DNA of 63,956 bases, the filler included, from Octopus bimaculoides (lineage: Eukaryota), in NCBI RefSeq assembly GCF_001194135.2. It is 7 parts of 6 records of this genome, joined end to end, with 100 filler letters (N's around TTAATTAATTAA, not from the genome) between each part and the next. Parts side by side here need not be neighbours in the genome. Positions count along the whole stretch, not along the records: positions 1 to 14,887 come from NC_068996.1; positions 14,988 to 19,288 come from NC_068997.1; positions 19,389 to 31,887 come from NC_068995.1; 4 more parts are not named here. One strand, 5' to 3'. The position numbers and the translations under genes are program-made. The stretch's first letter is position 1. Every line of letters starts with the position of its first letter. This document shows positions 13,625-26,958 of this stretch, one piece after another. The notes beneath the pieces are model-generated. The model worked only from the letters and a program-made list of their open reading frames with translations. It had not been told where the DNA came from and ran no database searches.

Positions 13625-14296
13625 TAGAGAGAGAGAGAGAGGGAGAGGGAGAGAGAGGGAGAGGGAGAGAGAGAAAGAGACAAACACAGACACAGACAGA
13701 GAAACTTTAATTTACATTTTAATTATTCAACAACTTTATGACTACATTTTGCTTTGAAATTTGAAAAATACATTTTATGGAGTATTTGATTTAGTAATAA
13801 TCTTTAAAGAAAGGTGAATTTATGAAAATATCCGAACGCTTACATCGATTAAACTTTTGAAACACTTCAGTTCACGTACAAAACGTTATCGTATGTAATT
13901 ATACAATAAGGTTCTCAAAACTTCCTAAATAGCTATGTGCCTACAGGGACCTTAATCATATAGCTGAATTCATAGCGAACCGTCTTTAGGGGAAAAGATT
14001 ATAAAGAATTAGATACATAGATATTGTTATTTTATAGACACCGATCTGTTGTAACCGAACAAATAGGAAAATAGTGGAAACTTCCGAACTGAGTATATCT
14101 AGCCTTAAGTGAAAAGTTAATTACAAACATAAATTAAACAATAAATCAAACAACCACATGGCAAAATCATACAAAGTTTTAACACAAACACACATACATA
14201 AGAATACTATAGATATATACATACGTGTATATACATTTTACTTATATAGACGCAAATATATGCTATACATATCATACGCACAAACACGTATATATC

Positions 14297-14417
<121 letters not shown>

Positions 14418-14579
14418 TACGTATGTATGTATGTATGTATGTATATGTGCATAGATATATATACATATGTATATCTGTCTGTCTATCTGCCTGCCTGCTT
14501 GCCTGTCTATTTGTCTGTCTGTCAGTCTGTCTGTCTATCTATCCATCCATCCATCCATCCATCCATCTATCTATCTATC

Positions 14580-14678
<99 letters not shown>

Positions 14679-14887
14679 ATGTGCGTGTGTGTTTGTGCAT
14701 GCATACATATACATATTAAAATACACATTGACATATATAAGATATATAGTTTGATAGACAAAAGTACTGAACATGCCAAATCCCAATAGTAATTCTCTAT
14801 TCTTTGTTGGAAATAGCATTACATAATGCCACGTAATTAAATGTACATACATGCATACATACGTGCGTACGTATATACATATGCATT

Positions 14888-14987
14888 NNNNNNNNNNNNN
14901 NNNNNNNNNNNNNNNNNNNNNNNNNNNNNNNTTAATTAATTAANNNNNNNNNNNNNNNNNNNNNNNNNNNNNNNNNNNNNNNNNNNN
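14888..14987. other. Artificial scaffold-join spacer N44-TTAATTAATTAA-N44 (1 of 6)
   Basis: Exactly 100 bp; palindromic core with stop codons in all six frames; same structure at six positions. Confidence 0.95.
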
Positions 14988-15026
<39 letters not shown>

Positions 15027-15041
15027 GTATATATGTATATA

Positions 15042-15120
15042 GGAGAATGTACGAAAAAAAACAACAACAGACGAGGACAGGTGGTGTAAACAACAAAAGT
15101 GTGTATTAGTTTGACGCTCG
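15042..15120 (+). repeat. ~80-bp dispersed repeat next to (TA)n; reverse-complement copy at 28797-28872
   Basis: aacaacagacgaggacaggtggtgtaaa shared exactly between the two loci in opposite orientation. Confidence 0.8.
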
Positions 15121-15269
15121 AAATACACAAGTGTTACCTTTGTCAGGTGACAACAGAAAAACGCGCTGTTTGGACTATTCTTGTTTATGTAACCTCGAAA
15201 CGAACGTAAACTGCCGAAGTTTCCGCTATTTAGGAAGACGTCCATGTTATTCATATTTGAGTCCATTTA

Positions 15270-15387
15270 AGAGGGGTGTATGAAAAGTTTTGAGCCTTGA
15301 AGTCTTGTGCCTTCAGAAGTCTTGTATCATTTATTTATTTATTTATTTATTTTTTTTTGAGGTTCAAGACTTTTCATACATCTCTTG
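15270..15387. mobile_element. Tiny mariner-type MITE (~118 bp) with 27-bp imperfect TIRs and TA flanks
   Basis: TA|agaggggtgtatgaaaagttttgagcc ... ggttcaagacttttcatacatctcttg|TA; 21/27 TIR identity by my alignment. Confidence 0.65.
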
Positions 15388-16128
15388 TATGTGTGAAATC
15401 CTCTTAAAACTAACAGCCACCATTTTGAAAAAAAAATGGTGAAAAGGCGGATATTATAAAGTTTTATTTGAAGAATGTTATGTCTGAAAAATGGACAGGG
15501 TTGTCACGATTGTATTGCTACTTTCCACTAAGAGTTAGATATGAGAAACTAACATACAGGGGCAGGTATGTTTTTGTGGTAAGAGGCGAGCTGACAGAAT
15601 CGTTAGNNNNNNNNNNNNNNNNNNNNNNNNNNNNNNNNNNNNNNNNNNNNNNNNNNNNNNNNNNNNNNNNNNNNNNNNNNNNNNNNNNNNNNNNNNNNNN
15701 NNNNNNNNNNNNNNNNNNNNNNNNNNNNNNNNNNNNNNNNNNNNNNNNNNNNNNNNNNNNNNNNNNNNNNNNNNNNNNNNNNNNNNNNNNNNNNNNNNNN
15801 NNNNNNNNNNNNNNNNNNNNNNNNNNNNNNNNNNNNNNNNNNNNNNNNNNNNNNNNNNNNNNNNNNNNNNNNNNNNNNNNNNNNNNNNNNNNNNNNNNNN
15901 NNNNNNNNNNNNNNNNNNNNNNNNNNNNNNNNNNNNNNNNNNNNNNNNNNNNNNNNNNNNNNNNNNNNNNNNNNNNNNNNNNNNNNNNNNNNNNNNNNNN
16001 NNNNNNNNNNNNNNNNNNNNNNNNNNNNNNNNNNNNNNNNNNNNNNNNNNNNNNNNNNNNNNNNNNNNNNNNNNNNNNNNNNNNNNNNNNNNNNNNNNNN
16101 NNNNNNNNNNNNNNNNNNNNNNNNNNNN

Positions 16129-16166
<38 letters not shown>

Positions 16167-16234
16167 CCTTTCTACTGGAGGCATCAAGCCTGAAATTTTA
16201 GGGGAGGGGACTAGTCGATTACATCGACCCCAGT
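16167..16234 (-). mobile_element. SINE family 3, 3' end with (ATT)n tail
   Basis: Reverse complement ...ggggtcgatgtaatcgactagtccc...aaaatttcaggcttgatgcctccagtagaaagg followed by an (ATT)n run; matches the tails of other family-3 copies. Confidence 0.7.
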
Positions 16235-16495
16235 CGGACCGGGCTGTGTGTTGTGTTCTTGAGCAATACACTTTATTTCACGTTGCTCCAATTCACTCAG
16301 CTGTAAAAAATGAGTTGTGACGTTACTGGTGGCTTTTCCCTTGGGTAACAACGGTGGCGTGGAGACGGAAAGACTGATATGCATGGGTGACTGCTGGTCT
16401 TCTATAAAAACAACCTAACCCTGACTTGTGTCTTGGAGAGGAACTTTCTGGGAGCAATCCCATGGTCATTTATAACCGAAGGGGATCTTTACCAT
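16235..16495 (+). mobile_element. SINE family 2, 5'-truncated copy
   Basis: cggaccgggctgtgtgttgtgttcttgagcaatacactttatttcacgttgctcc..., homologous to 11595-11870. Confidence 0.85.
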
Positions 16496-17118
16496 TTTTT
16501 TTTACTATAAGAAACACATAGACACAGTTACTAGCCTTACTAACTATCCCCTCATGCTATACCACATTAGTATTTTGTCTTAAACATTATCTTCGACAGC
16601 TGCATTAATACAGCACGTCTTGGTACAACAACAACACAGATAGTACAAGAGACACAACAGTGTCAGGACCAACACCAGCTCTAGTCAGCGACAACGTATC
16701 TCACTATAACACACAACAACCTCCACTACGTGACAATATCCAATTCTCTTCCGGCTACCCGCCCTCCTCCACTACCTCCCCGCCACCTTCTCCTTCTCCT
16801 CGTCTCCCCCCATCAGCGTCATTATCATCCTCATCATCCCCCCTCCTTCTCCTCCTCCTCCTCCTCATCATCATTGTTATCGTCATCATCATCGTCATCA
16901 TCAGCATCGTCGTCGTCTTCATCATTGTCATCATCATCATCATCGTCATCATCATCGCCATCATCGGTGTCATTATCAACGTCGTCATCATCATCATCAT
17001 CATCATCATCATCGTCGTCGTCATCAACAAGGTAATTATCATCATCGTCATCATCATCATCATCATCATCGCCTCATCATTATCATCGTCGTCATCGTCT
17101 TCATCTCCCTCATCGTTG

Positions 17119-17180
<62 letters not shown>

Positions 17181-17235
17181 GGTGCTCCAGCATGGCCGCA
17201 GTCAAATGACTGAAACAAATAAAAGAATAAAAGAA
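17181..17235 (+). mobile_element. Isolated SINE family 1 3' tail
   Basis: ggtgctccagcatggccgcagtcaaatgactgaaacaaataaaagaataaaag matches the tails at 27300-27352 and 49890-49938. Confidence 0.75.
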
Positions 17236-17842
17236 TATATATATATACATACATACATATTAGGTGTGGACGTCGGCGGGATAATACAGAGAACCGCCCA
17301 ACTTACGCGGATAGTTCCTTGCGACAGTCGTCATCAGAAATATAGCGAACCAGAGACTGCTTCGTTCTAAACCCATTGACATTATTGTCCATGAAATACG
17401 ATATAAAGCAAGTTTTATAAATAGCCTGAAGGTAGCACCTCCCAAATCCACCATCTTTGTTCATAACAGCAACACCAAAGAACATGGGAAAGGCCAGTCC
17501 TAACTGAGCCCTCAATTAACAATAACAAACAACAATGAATATAAAACCGCACTTTATATCACACAAATGTTGTAAGCAGGCCACACCCACAGGCCACCCA
17601 TGTACCAAAACCAATGTTCAAAAAACACAGAAAAAGAAAAAGGATAAAAAGATAAAAAAATGAACATGCGAGGCGAGGTGCACAATTTATTTCTACGATA
17701 AGCTGCAACCCAAACAGATCTTGGTACATTAACCTCTAAAAGCCTAATCAAAGACATTTATAATATAGTTAAGTTTATACGTGTATAAAGGTATAGAATC
17801 TGTTCCACTTCGACACAGCGTCAGAATGAATTCGCTTTACTC

Positions 17843-17884
<42 letters not shown>

Positions 17885-19288
17885 NNNNNNNNNNNNNNNN
17901 NNNNNNNNNNNNNNNNNNNNNNNNNNNNNNNNNNNNNNNNNNNNNNNNNNNNNNNNNNNNNNNNNNNNNNNNNNNNNNNNNNNNNNNNNNNNNNNNNNNN
18001 NNNNNNNNNNNNNNNNNNNNNNNNNNNNNNNNNNNNNNNNNNNNNNNNNNNNNNNNNNNNNNNNNNNNNNNNNNNNNNNNNNNNNNNNNNNNNNNNNNNN
18101 NNNNNNNNNNNNNNNNNNNNNNNNNNNNNNNNNNNNNNNNNNNNNNNNNNNNNNNNNNNNNNNNNNNNNNNNNNNNNNNNNNNNNNNNNNNNNNNNNNNN
18201 NNNNNNNNNNNNNNNNNNNNNNNNNNNNNNNNNNNNNNNNNNNNNNNNNNNNNNNNNNNNNNNNNNNNNNNNNNNNNNNNNNNNNNNNNNNNNNNNNNNN
18301 NNNNNNNNNNNNNNNNNNNNNNNNNNNNNNNNNNNNNNNNNNNNNNNNNNNNNNNNNNNNNNNNNNNNNNNNNNNNNNNNNNNNNNNNNNNNNNNNNNNN
18401 NNNNNNNNNNNNNNNNNNNNNNNNNNNNNNNNNNNNNNNNNNNNNNNNNNNNNNNNNNNNNNNNNNNNNNNNNNNNNNNNNNNNNNNNNNNNNNNNNNNN
18501 NNNNNNNNNNNNNNNNNNNNNNNNNNNNNNNNNNNNNNNNNNNNNNNNNNNNNNNNNNNNNNNNNNNNNNNNNNNNNNNNNNNNNNNNNNNNNNNNNNNN
18601 NNNNNNNNNNNNNNNNNNNNNNNNNNNNNNNNNNTATATATATAAAACAAATAATAAATGAGTATATGCATATATACGTACAGGTATGTGCATACCTACG
18701 TCTACCTGTATATATAGGTGCATATCTGGGTACAGGACATTGCAAACAAAACGTAGACAAAAAAATAACAACAACCAGAGTACAGAACACACACAGGCCA
18801 CATAGAGAACATTTTCCTTCATCAGCTACCCCCATTCTAACACAGGCGTTTCGAAGAGTAGGGCAGTAGCTGACGTACCCGGTAATTCCCGGGGAAGCGG
18901 GGCTTATTCCTTGGTTCCGTTCTCATAATTGTTTCGCTAATCCAACAACAACAATACAAAGTATGTATCCCTTTGAAACGGTTTTTGTGCATTTACAGAG
19001 AATACCACTACCATCACTATTTTCATGATCGCCATCATCCCTACAATCAGCATTACTACCACCACCACCACCATCATCACCACCATCATCATCACCATCA
19101 TCAACACCATCATCTCGTTCACCACCACCACCACCACAACCACCACTGTCACCGTCATCATTAATAAACACTCCATTACAATTACCAGCTGCACCACCAC
19201 CACCATCGCTAATATCATGATCGCCATCATCACTACAATTTGTATAACCACCACTACCACCACCATCACCACTACAATCATCACCACC

Positions 19289-19388
19289 NNNNNNNNNNNN
19301 NNNNNNNNNNNNNNNNNNNNNNNNNNNNNNNNTTAATTAATTAANNNNNNNNNNNNNNNNNNNNNNNNNNNNNNNNNNNNNNNNNNNN
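19289..19388. other. Artificial scaffold-join spacer (2 of 6)
   Basis: N44-TTAATTAATTAA-N44. Confidence 0.95.
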
Positions 19389-19595
19389 TATATATATATA
19401 TGTAATATCTATAATATCTATTTGTGCTCCTCATCGCCAACTGTCAGCAACTGTGGTGCATTTTATCGGTCAGATGAAGCCAAAACATATTTTGCCCTAA
19501 ATAAAACACACACTTCCTTTTAACTTCTGCCTTAAACAGTGGGTAACATTTAGTAACTGTTGGGCTTTAGAAGTGTGTGTGTACGGATATATATG

Positions 19596-19644
<49 letters not shown>

Positions 19645-20009
19645 ATTTTTGTGTGCATTTTTGTGTACGTTCGTTTGTATGTGTGCGCGGCCCTGTGCGT
19701 CTGTATTCGTGTCGATTTGGTGTATGTGCACTGCTTCAATGGTTTATTTAATGCATACACATATATGCGTATATGCATCCGTATATACGTATATGTTTAT
19801 GTGTATGTGTGTTGCGTGTGTGTGTGTGCGTATATGCGAAATCTGTGCAGGTCTTCGTATTTAGTTTTGTATCCCATTTCCCGTCAAAAAATGTTGGTTT
19901 GTTTACGTTTTCTTTAATACTTTTAACTTACCAATTTGTGAAAAGAGACCGTTAGAATAATTACTCGCGTTAATATTCAGAAAAAAAGAAGAAATGTTTC
20001 CTTCTCCAC

Positions 20010-20240
20010 CCATGACAGGCCCATAATGGCCGGTTCTCCGGTTTCAGTGGCGTAGAAATTATCCACCTGGACGGGACGCCGATCCGTCGCAAAATTACTC
20101 CCTTTTGCAAGCTAAGCGTATCGGAGCAACGTGAAATGAAGCGTTTTGCTCAAGAACACGATGCATCGCTTGGTCCAGGAATCGAAATCACAATCTTACG
20201 ATCATCATTCCAACACACTAACCAATAAGCTACGCGCCAC
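20010..20240 (-). mobile_element. tRNA-headed SINE with a family-2-like head and a different tail
   Basis: Reverse complement ggcgcgtagcttattggttag...ttcgattcctggacc...gtgttcttgagcaaaacgcttcatttcacgttgctcc shares the head and centre with 11528/16235, then diverges. Confidence 0.7.
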
Positions 20241-21084
20241 CGCGTTAACATTAAGTACTTGTGTTAATTTGTCGCCTTGAACATTTAAACGGATGCACCA
20301 GCATGGCCGCACATGACTCTATGCAGTCAATGAATAGATGATCAAACGAATATGCATTTATATACTATATATATCCATTTCTTTCTCCCTCTCCCTTTCT
20401 CTCTCTCTCTAAAGAGCTATGATACATACATACATATATATAAATATATATATATAAGTATAAGGTGTGTTATGAGCATCTATTGAACACGTATCCTATA
20501 TAAACTCAACAAACAATTAAAGATGAAGAAGTGATGTTAAAAATTTTATACAATTATAATCCATAGATACGATCGTTTCGAATGATAACACTAACATGTA
20601 AAAAACCTGGAAAAAAATTTTATTAATTGATTATAAATATAAATTAATTAATTTAATTACATATGTATATATATATATATATATTAGTCGTAAGACACCA
20701 GTTGTTATGTCCTGTTATTTCTATTTGTGTAACATTCTCTGTTTTTTTTTTCGTCCTTGTTTTCGTGTACATTCGCTGCTTTCTTCCACGCAATCTAATG
20801 CTCTTAGCTTAGTTTTTTCCCTTGAGCTGGCCAGATTGGATAAATCTCGAGTATAACCAGCCGAAATTGCAAAGATAATCTGGAACTCGACTGAGGAAAG
20901 AAAACTCTGAATGACCTGTCCTTGTTCTTTGTATCGCGTATCTGGATGTTTTGTTCTCCTTTTTTTGTATCACCTAAATGTCTAGTTGTTTTGCGCTCGT
21001 GGCCCATTTTGTATTTTTTATATATAAAAACATATAGCAGCGTACGTACACTTTGGTCTCTTATATATATATATAGTGAATCCA

Positions 21085-21277
21085 AACAAAGAGGAACAAA
21101 CATGAAAAAACAACAATGCGAGGACGTGGTACAAATAATGCATTATCCGACGCTCAGGAAAAGAAAGAAAGAAAGAACATTTAACATTTCGAGCAAAGCT
21201 CTTCTTCACAAATAGAGGAAAATCCAAAAGAAGGGAAAACGGAGGAAGAAAATCGTCGACGATTCACATGTGGTTAC

Positions 21278-21285
<8 letters not shown>
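21085..21285 (-). repeat. Dispersed repeat carrying a minimal hammerhead-like motif, probably a Penelope terminal-repeat derivative
   Basis: See the motif at 21179-21213; family assignment is inference. Confidence 0.5.
21179..21213 (-). ncRNA. Degenerate minimal type I hammerhead ribozyme motif
   Basis: Minus strand AUUU-GUGAAGA-A-GAGC-UUU-GCUC-GAAA-UG-UU-AAAU. Stems I (AUUU/AAAU) and II (GAGC/GCUC) are perfect; the core has C3>G, and CG>UG in the stem III palindrome is inferred. Confidence 0.5.
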
Positions 21286-21309
<24 letters not shown>

Positions 21310-22369
21310 NNNNNNNNNNNNNNNNNNNNNNNNNNNNNNNNNNNNNNNNNNNNNNNNNNNNNNNNNNNNNNNNNNNNNNNNNNNNNNNNNNNNNNNNNNN
21401 NNNNNNNNNNNNNNNNNNNNNNNNNNNNNNNNNNNNNNNNNNNNNNNNNNNNNNNNNNNNNNNNNNNNNNNNNNNNNNNNNNNNNNNNNNNNNNNNNNNN
21501 NNNNNNNNNNNNNNNNNNNNNNNNNNNNNNNNNNNNNNNNNNNNNNNNNNNNNNNNNNNNNNNNNNNNNNNNNNNNNNNNNNNNNNNNNNNNNNNNNNNN
21601 NNNNNNNNNNNNNNNNNNNNNNNNNNNNNNNNNNNNNNNNNNNNNNNNNNNNNNNNNNNNNNNNNNNNNNNNNNNNNNNNNNNNNNNNNNNNNNNNNNNN
21701 NNNNNNNNNNNNNNNNNNNNNNNNNNNNNNNNNNNNNNNNNNNNNNNNNNNNNNNNNNNNNNNNNNNNNNNNNNNNNNNNNNNNNNNNNNNNNNNNNNNN
21801 NNNATATATATATATATATATACATGCAGGTAGGTAGGTAGGTAGGTGGGTAGGTAGGTAGATAAATAGATAAATAGATAGTGATATAGATGAATAAATA
21901 GACCGACAGACAGACAAACAGGCATGTATGCCTGTATGTATGAAATATATGCATACATATCTATCCGTATCTATATGCATACATGTCTTTTATTTGGGAA
22001 ATTAATCATATTGTCATTACAAATACGCCATTGTTTCGCAGAAACCACTCCTGTTCTTCAAGAATTTCAATGGCGTCTTTGTGAGGACTATAAATTTAAC
22101 CGTTAAACTGTACTCTGCCTGGTTATTTTAGTAAGCTAGTGTTGAGTTCATTCTTCTCTTATCAGTCATGTAAATGTGTGTACACATACACGCGCGCACG
22201 TATACACACGTACACAGACAGGCAGTTAGACACACATACACTCGTGTGTGTCTCATTTACAACAATGTCTCTCTCAGCCACTCTATATGTATATATGTCT
22301 ATCTATCTATTTATCTGTTTATATATATATATATATATACATATACATATCTGTCTATCTGTCTACCTA

Positions 22370-22438
<69 letters not shown>

Positions 22439-23524
22439 NNNNNNNNNNNNNNNNNNNNNNNNNNNNNNNNNNNNNNNNNNNNNNNNNNNNNNNNNNNNNN
22501 NNNNNNNNNNNNNNNNNNNNNNNNNNNNNNNNNNNNNNNNNNNNNNNNNNNNNNNNNNNNNNNNNNNNNNNNNNNNNNNNNNNNNNNNNNNNNNNNNNNN
22601 NNNNNNNNNNNNNNNNNNNNNNNNNNNNNNNNNNNNNNNNNNNNNNNNNNNNNNNNNNNNNNNNNNNNNNNNNNNNNNNNNNNNNNNNNNNNNNNNNNNN
22701 NNNNNNNNNNNNNNNNNNNNNNNNNNNNNNNNNNNNNNNNNNNNNNNNNNNNNNNNNNNNNNNNNNNNNNNNNNNNNNNNNNNNNNNNNNNNNNNNNNNN
22801 NNNNNNNNNNNNNNNNNNNNNNNNNNNNNNNNNNNNNNNNNNNNNNNNNNNNNNNNNNNNNNNNNNNNNNNNNNNNNNNNNNNNNNNNNNNNNNNNNNNN
22901 NNNNNNNNNNNNNNNNNNNNNNNNNNNNNNNNNNNNNNNNNNNNNNNNNNNNNNNNNNNNNNNNNNNNNNNNNNNNNNNNNNNNNNNNNNNNNNNNNNNN
23001 NNNNNNNNNNNNNNNNNNNNNNNNNNNNNNNNNNNNNNNNNNNNNNNNNNNNNNNNNNNNNNNNNNNNNNNNNNNNNNNNNNNNNNNNNNNNNNNNNNNN
23101 NNNNNNNNNNNNNNNNNNNNNNNNNNNNNNNNNNNNNNNNNNNNNNNNNNNNNNNNNNNNNNNNNNNNNNNNNNNNNNNNNNNNNNNNNNNNNNNNNNNN
23201 NNNNNNNNNNNNNNNNNNNNNNNNNNNNNNNNNNNNNNNNNNNNNNNNNNNNNNNNNNNNNNNNNNNNNNNNNNNNNNNNNNNNNNNNNNNNNNNNNNNN
23301 NNNNNNNNNNNNNNNNNNNNNNNNNNNNNNNNNNNNNNNNNNNNNNNNNNNNNNNNNNNNNNNNNNNNNNNNNNTATATATATATATATATATATATATA
23401 CATAGTTATATATATGTATTATACATATTTATAACAGTAAAATTATCTACATTTATATACATGTATATATATGCATATGTATATAAATATATCTACACAT
23501 GCAAATAATTATATAAACATGTAC

Positions 23525-23560
<36 letters not shown>

Positions 23561-23676
23561 TATGTATCCATAATTATATAAACACTCACACACACACATA
23601 TACGTGTATTTGTCTTCTCTTATATAATTGTAAGCGTGTGAATGTGTACGTGTGTATGCATGTTTTCTTGCGTGTG

Positions 23677-23718
<42 letters not shown>

Positions 23719-23913
23719 TGTATGCGCGCACATGTAAATATGCCTGTTTGTACCACCCGTCTTTCTCCCTCCATCATTACACACTACACTGCACACACAT
23801 ACACACACAGAGAGAAACACACACACACACACATACACACACAATCTTTGTCACGGTCTATGTATCTATACATATGTGTGTGTATGTGTGTGTGTGTGTG
23901 TGTGTATGTATGT

Positions 23914-24005
<92 letters not shown>

Positions 24006-24700
24006 TGGGGTGCGTTTGACATAAATTAACCATATGCGATGGACATTATTAATTCTCTTTCTCTTTCTCTCTCTGGTGTGCAATATCACCCCACTTCAAC
24101 GGACCACACCCGAGACATAGCAGCCTCCACTGATTAACTGATGCAACAAACCTCCACTATTCTTGTTCACTCACCTTCAACCGACCACACCTAGAATAAA
24201 ACAGTTTAACTCTTTTTTTTTTTATTCATTCATTTATTTATCTTATTTTATTCCTATCGTTTCATTTACTCACTTTTACTCTTGCTTGTTAGTATCAGTC
24301 ATCAGCCATTCTTAGGAATAACGATCAAAGCTTTCCATATCACAAGTCGCCCTCCCACAAACACGCACACACGCTCACACGCGCGCGCACGTGCGAACAT
24401 ATGCACATGCAACATTGATTCATATATGCACATACACAGTCACATATCTTTGAAGGCGAGGAATTTCATTTTTGATTTGAATATTGGTTGATAAATATGT
24501 GGATCTCCATCAGCATGAAACCTTAGGTACCAGAATTTGAGAATTTTCTGTCTATCTATCTATTTTTCTATTTATATATATATATTTGTATATNNNNNNN
24601 NNNNNNNNNNNNNNNNGAAAATTCTCAAATATATATATATAAATAGAAAAATAGATAGATAGACAGAAAATTCTCAAATATATATATATATATATATATA

Positions 24701-24762
24701 GGCGAAGGTGTGGCTATGTAGTAAGAATTTTGCTTTCGAACCACATAGTCCCGCGTTCAGTC
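24701..24762 (+). mobile_element. SINE family 1, 5' head fragment
   Basis: ggcgaaggtgtggctatgtagtaagaattttgctttcgaaccacatagtcccgcgttcagtc. Confidence 0.65.
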
Positions 24763-24889
24763 TTTAGTGAAGTACTGCTCTAATCCATACAAGCAGATCT
24801 TTTTTCTGTATATCTGTGTCAATGTAGCTGATTCGGCAATGATTAAGTCTCGTGTAGTGTATAACTAGTTTTCATATGGTTAGTTTTAA

Positions 24890-25158
24890 GCCTGTGGTTC
24901 TCAGCCATTTTGTTTTTTTACCACGGGACCCCTATGTTAACTATTTTGCTTGGGTGAGCCCTTATAGCCATTTGATGTTCAATTAATTCTATTGGATTTT
25001 TATAATTAAATATTATTAGGAGTTGTATATATATATAAAAATTCTTAAAATATTTTGCTTATTGTAGAATTATAACCAGTTCATCCTACATAAGGTTTAG
25101 CAACAAAATTTTATATGGAACCTCAAGTATCATGTGGACTCCAGATCAGAACCACGGA
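24890..25158. mobile_element. Degenerate hAT (Charlie-like) MITE
   Basis: Ends ctgtggttctcagcc...ggacccc and ggactcc...agaaccacgg resemble CAGTGGTTCTCAAC-type TIRs; a lone right end ttgagaatcactg lies near 27973. Confidence 0.45.
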
Positions 25159-25351
25159 GATAGGTCGTCGTAAATGGGTGACAAAGAACTAGTATCCATG
25201 AATTAAGCTAATAGGAAGTTCGTGTGACTTTTTTACAATGCAAGTGTGAGAGAAATTTAACTTCACCATTTCTTGTTGATCAAGAATGAAGAAGGAATGT
25301 GTAGAAAGAAATAATTTATAGGAATTTGTATTATTATTTCTGTAGAAGAAC

Positions 25352-25810
25352 GGTGGATAGGCAGAATTGTTAGCCTAACGGAGAGAATGTTTTGAGGTAA
25401 TTTTCTTGGGTCTTCAAGCTCTGAGTTCAAATCCCGCTGAGGTCAACTCTGTCTTTCATTTTTAGGGGTCGAGAAATTGAAACAGTCAATAAAGAACTGA
25501 CGTAGGCTTAATCGACTTGCAACTCCAGTCTAAATTGCTGAATCTCTACCTAAATTTAAAGCATATTCCTACCTGCATGTGTGGTGGATAAGCAGAATAA
25601 TTTACCGGTACATTGGACTTTGGATCGGCAAACTGCTTGAGCATCAGACGAAATACCGTGCGATAATTGTCACACTGAGGTCGAATTTGCTTTTCATTTT
25701 GTCGGGTTGGTCAGGGTCGACACAAAGAAGTACCAGCTAAGAACTGGAGTCGATATTATTGACTGTTCTTTACTTCATCCGCGAAACTCTCTTGCCATAT
25801 GCCTAATAAA
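25352..25810 (+). mobile_element. Two adjacent, heavily decayed SINE family 3 copies
   Basis: gcagaattgttagc...ctgagttcaaatcccgctgaggtcaac...ggggtcgagaaa and gaggtcgaatttgcttttc...agggtcgac...agtaccagc...ctggagtcgat. Confidence 0.6.
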
Positions 25811-26489
25811 CAAATCCTTATTTCGTTCTCAAACTGCTATTTGTATGTAAGCGGTATATAGCAGATCAAAATACCAGGGGGTTGGATCCTTGATACAGTT
25901 CATTTTGGTCCATTCAATTAATTAATGTCACTGGTGTAGCATAGGAAGTGCATGTCCGTCATAACCCCAATTATCTATGATAAAAAAAGAAAATCCGTTA
26001 ATTTTGCGATTCTCGCCAGGTTATTTTGCTAACGTCACGCTAAGAGTAGATAAACATGAAAGCCCATAACTGCGCTGCACCTTAATGTTCAAAGCGAAAT
26101 CGCTCTTCTCTATGTAACTTCCCTTTCTGGAGACAATAGAGAAACATTTGAAGGAGTCTCGGCTTCTTAATTAAACAAGGAGAAACACTTTGAAGGTAGC
26201 TACGTAAATTAGTCCAATCGGAACACACACGAAACACACCCTTTGCACCCCAATTGGCATCGTATTTATTTTATCAAAAGGACGCAAGGTTAATAATAAT
26301 GTGATTATCTCCTTTGTTTATTGGTCTGATTGTCTCTTACGAGAGGGTTTTTGCATATTAATCGCATGGGCAATCTCACTGTATTCTGTAAGTGAGAAAT
26401 TGACCCGTTTACGTATTGAAAGCTCTCCCCTGATGTAGTTACCCCTGATACAAATCTTTTAATCTCTTTCTTCATTGTTCTTTTTCTCT

Positions 26490-26600
26490 TTTACTTGTTT
26501 TACGAATTCGACTGCGGCCATGCAGGAGCACCACCTTCAAATGTGTAGTTAAACAAGTCGACCTTAATACTTACTTTAAGTCTTTTACTTATTCCAGCGA
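26490..26600 (-). mobile_element. SINE family 1, 3' tail
   Basis: ttttacttgtttt...gactgcggccatgcaggagcaccacc is the reverse complement of the family tail. Confidence 0.65.
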
Positions 26601-26719
26601 TAGTCGACGCACCGACAAAATATTCGACAAAATAGTCGAAAAAATAGGCTAATGACATTTAAATTCATTTTTAGTTTGTGTTCATGCATATTTCTGGTTC
26701 TGTGTTTATATTACAGATA

Positions 26720-26945
26720 TGCACAAGGACCTGACAGAAACGTTAGAGCATCGGACAAAATTATTTGTGGTTTTTACCTCTCGTACTTTCCTCCACAGTT
26801 CAGATCCTGTCAACATCAGATTTTAACTTTCATTCGTTCGGGGTCGATAAATTTAAGTTATCAGTCAAGTACTACAAGTCGATGTAATTGATTAGTCATC
26901 TTCCCTTTAAAACATTGCTCGTCTTGTGTCGAAATTTGAAACGAT
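26720..26945 (+). mobile_element. SINE family 3 copy
   Basis: gacagaaacgttagagcatcggacaaaa...ttcggggtcgataaa...agtcgatgtaattga...gtcttgtgtcgaaatttgaaac. Confidence 0.7.
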
Positions 26946-26958
26946 TATACATATACAC

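Noticed and set aside
16660-17370. 236-aa Ser/Ile/Pro-rich ORF
   Set aside because: It is mostly a (CAT)n tract and runs into a SINE tail; the unique N-terminal part has no recognisable domain or convincing splice sites.
17260-17540. Minus-strand LVRYISDD resembling an RT YxDD motif
   Set aside because: The spacing is wrong and no other RT motifs can be aligned.
20891-20912. CUGAGGA-A-AGA/UCU-GAAU hammerhead-like text; also GAAACACGUGUA at ~34929
   Set aside because: Incomplete cores and no supporting stem I.
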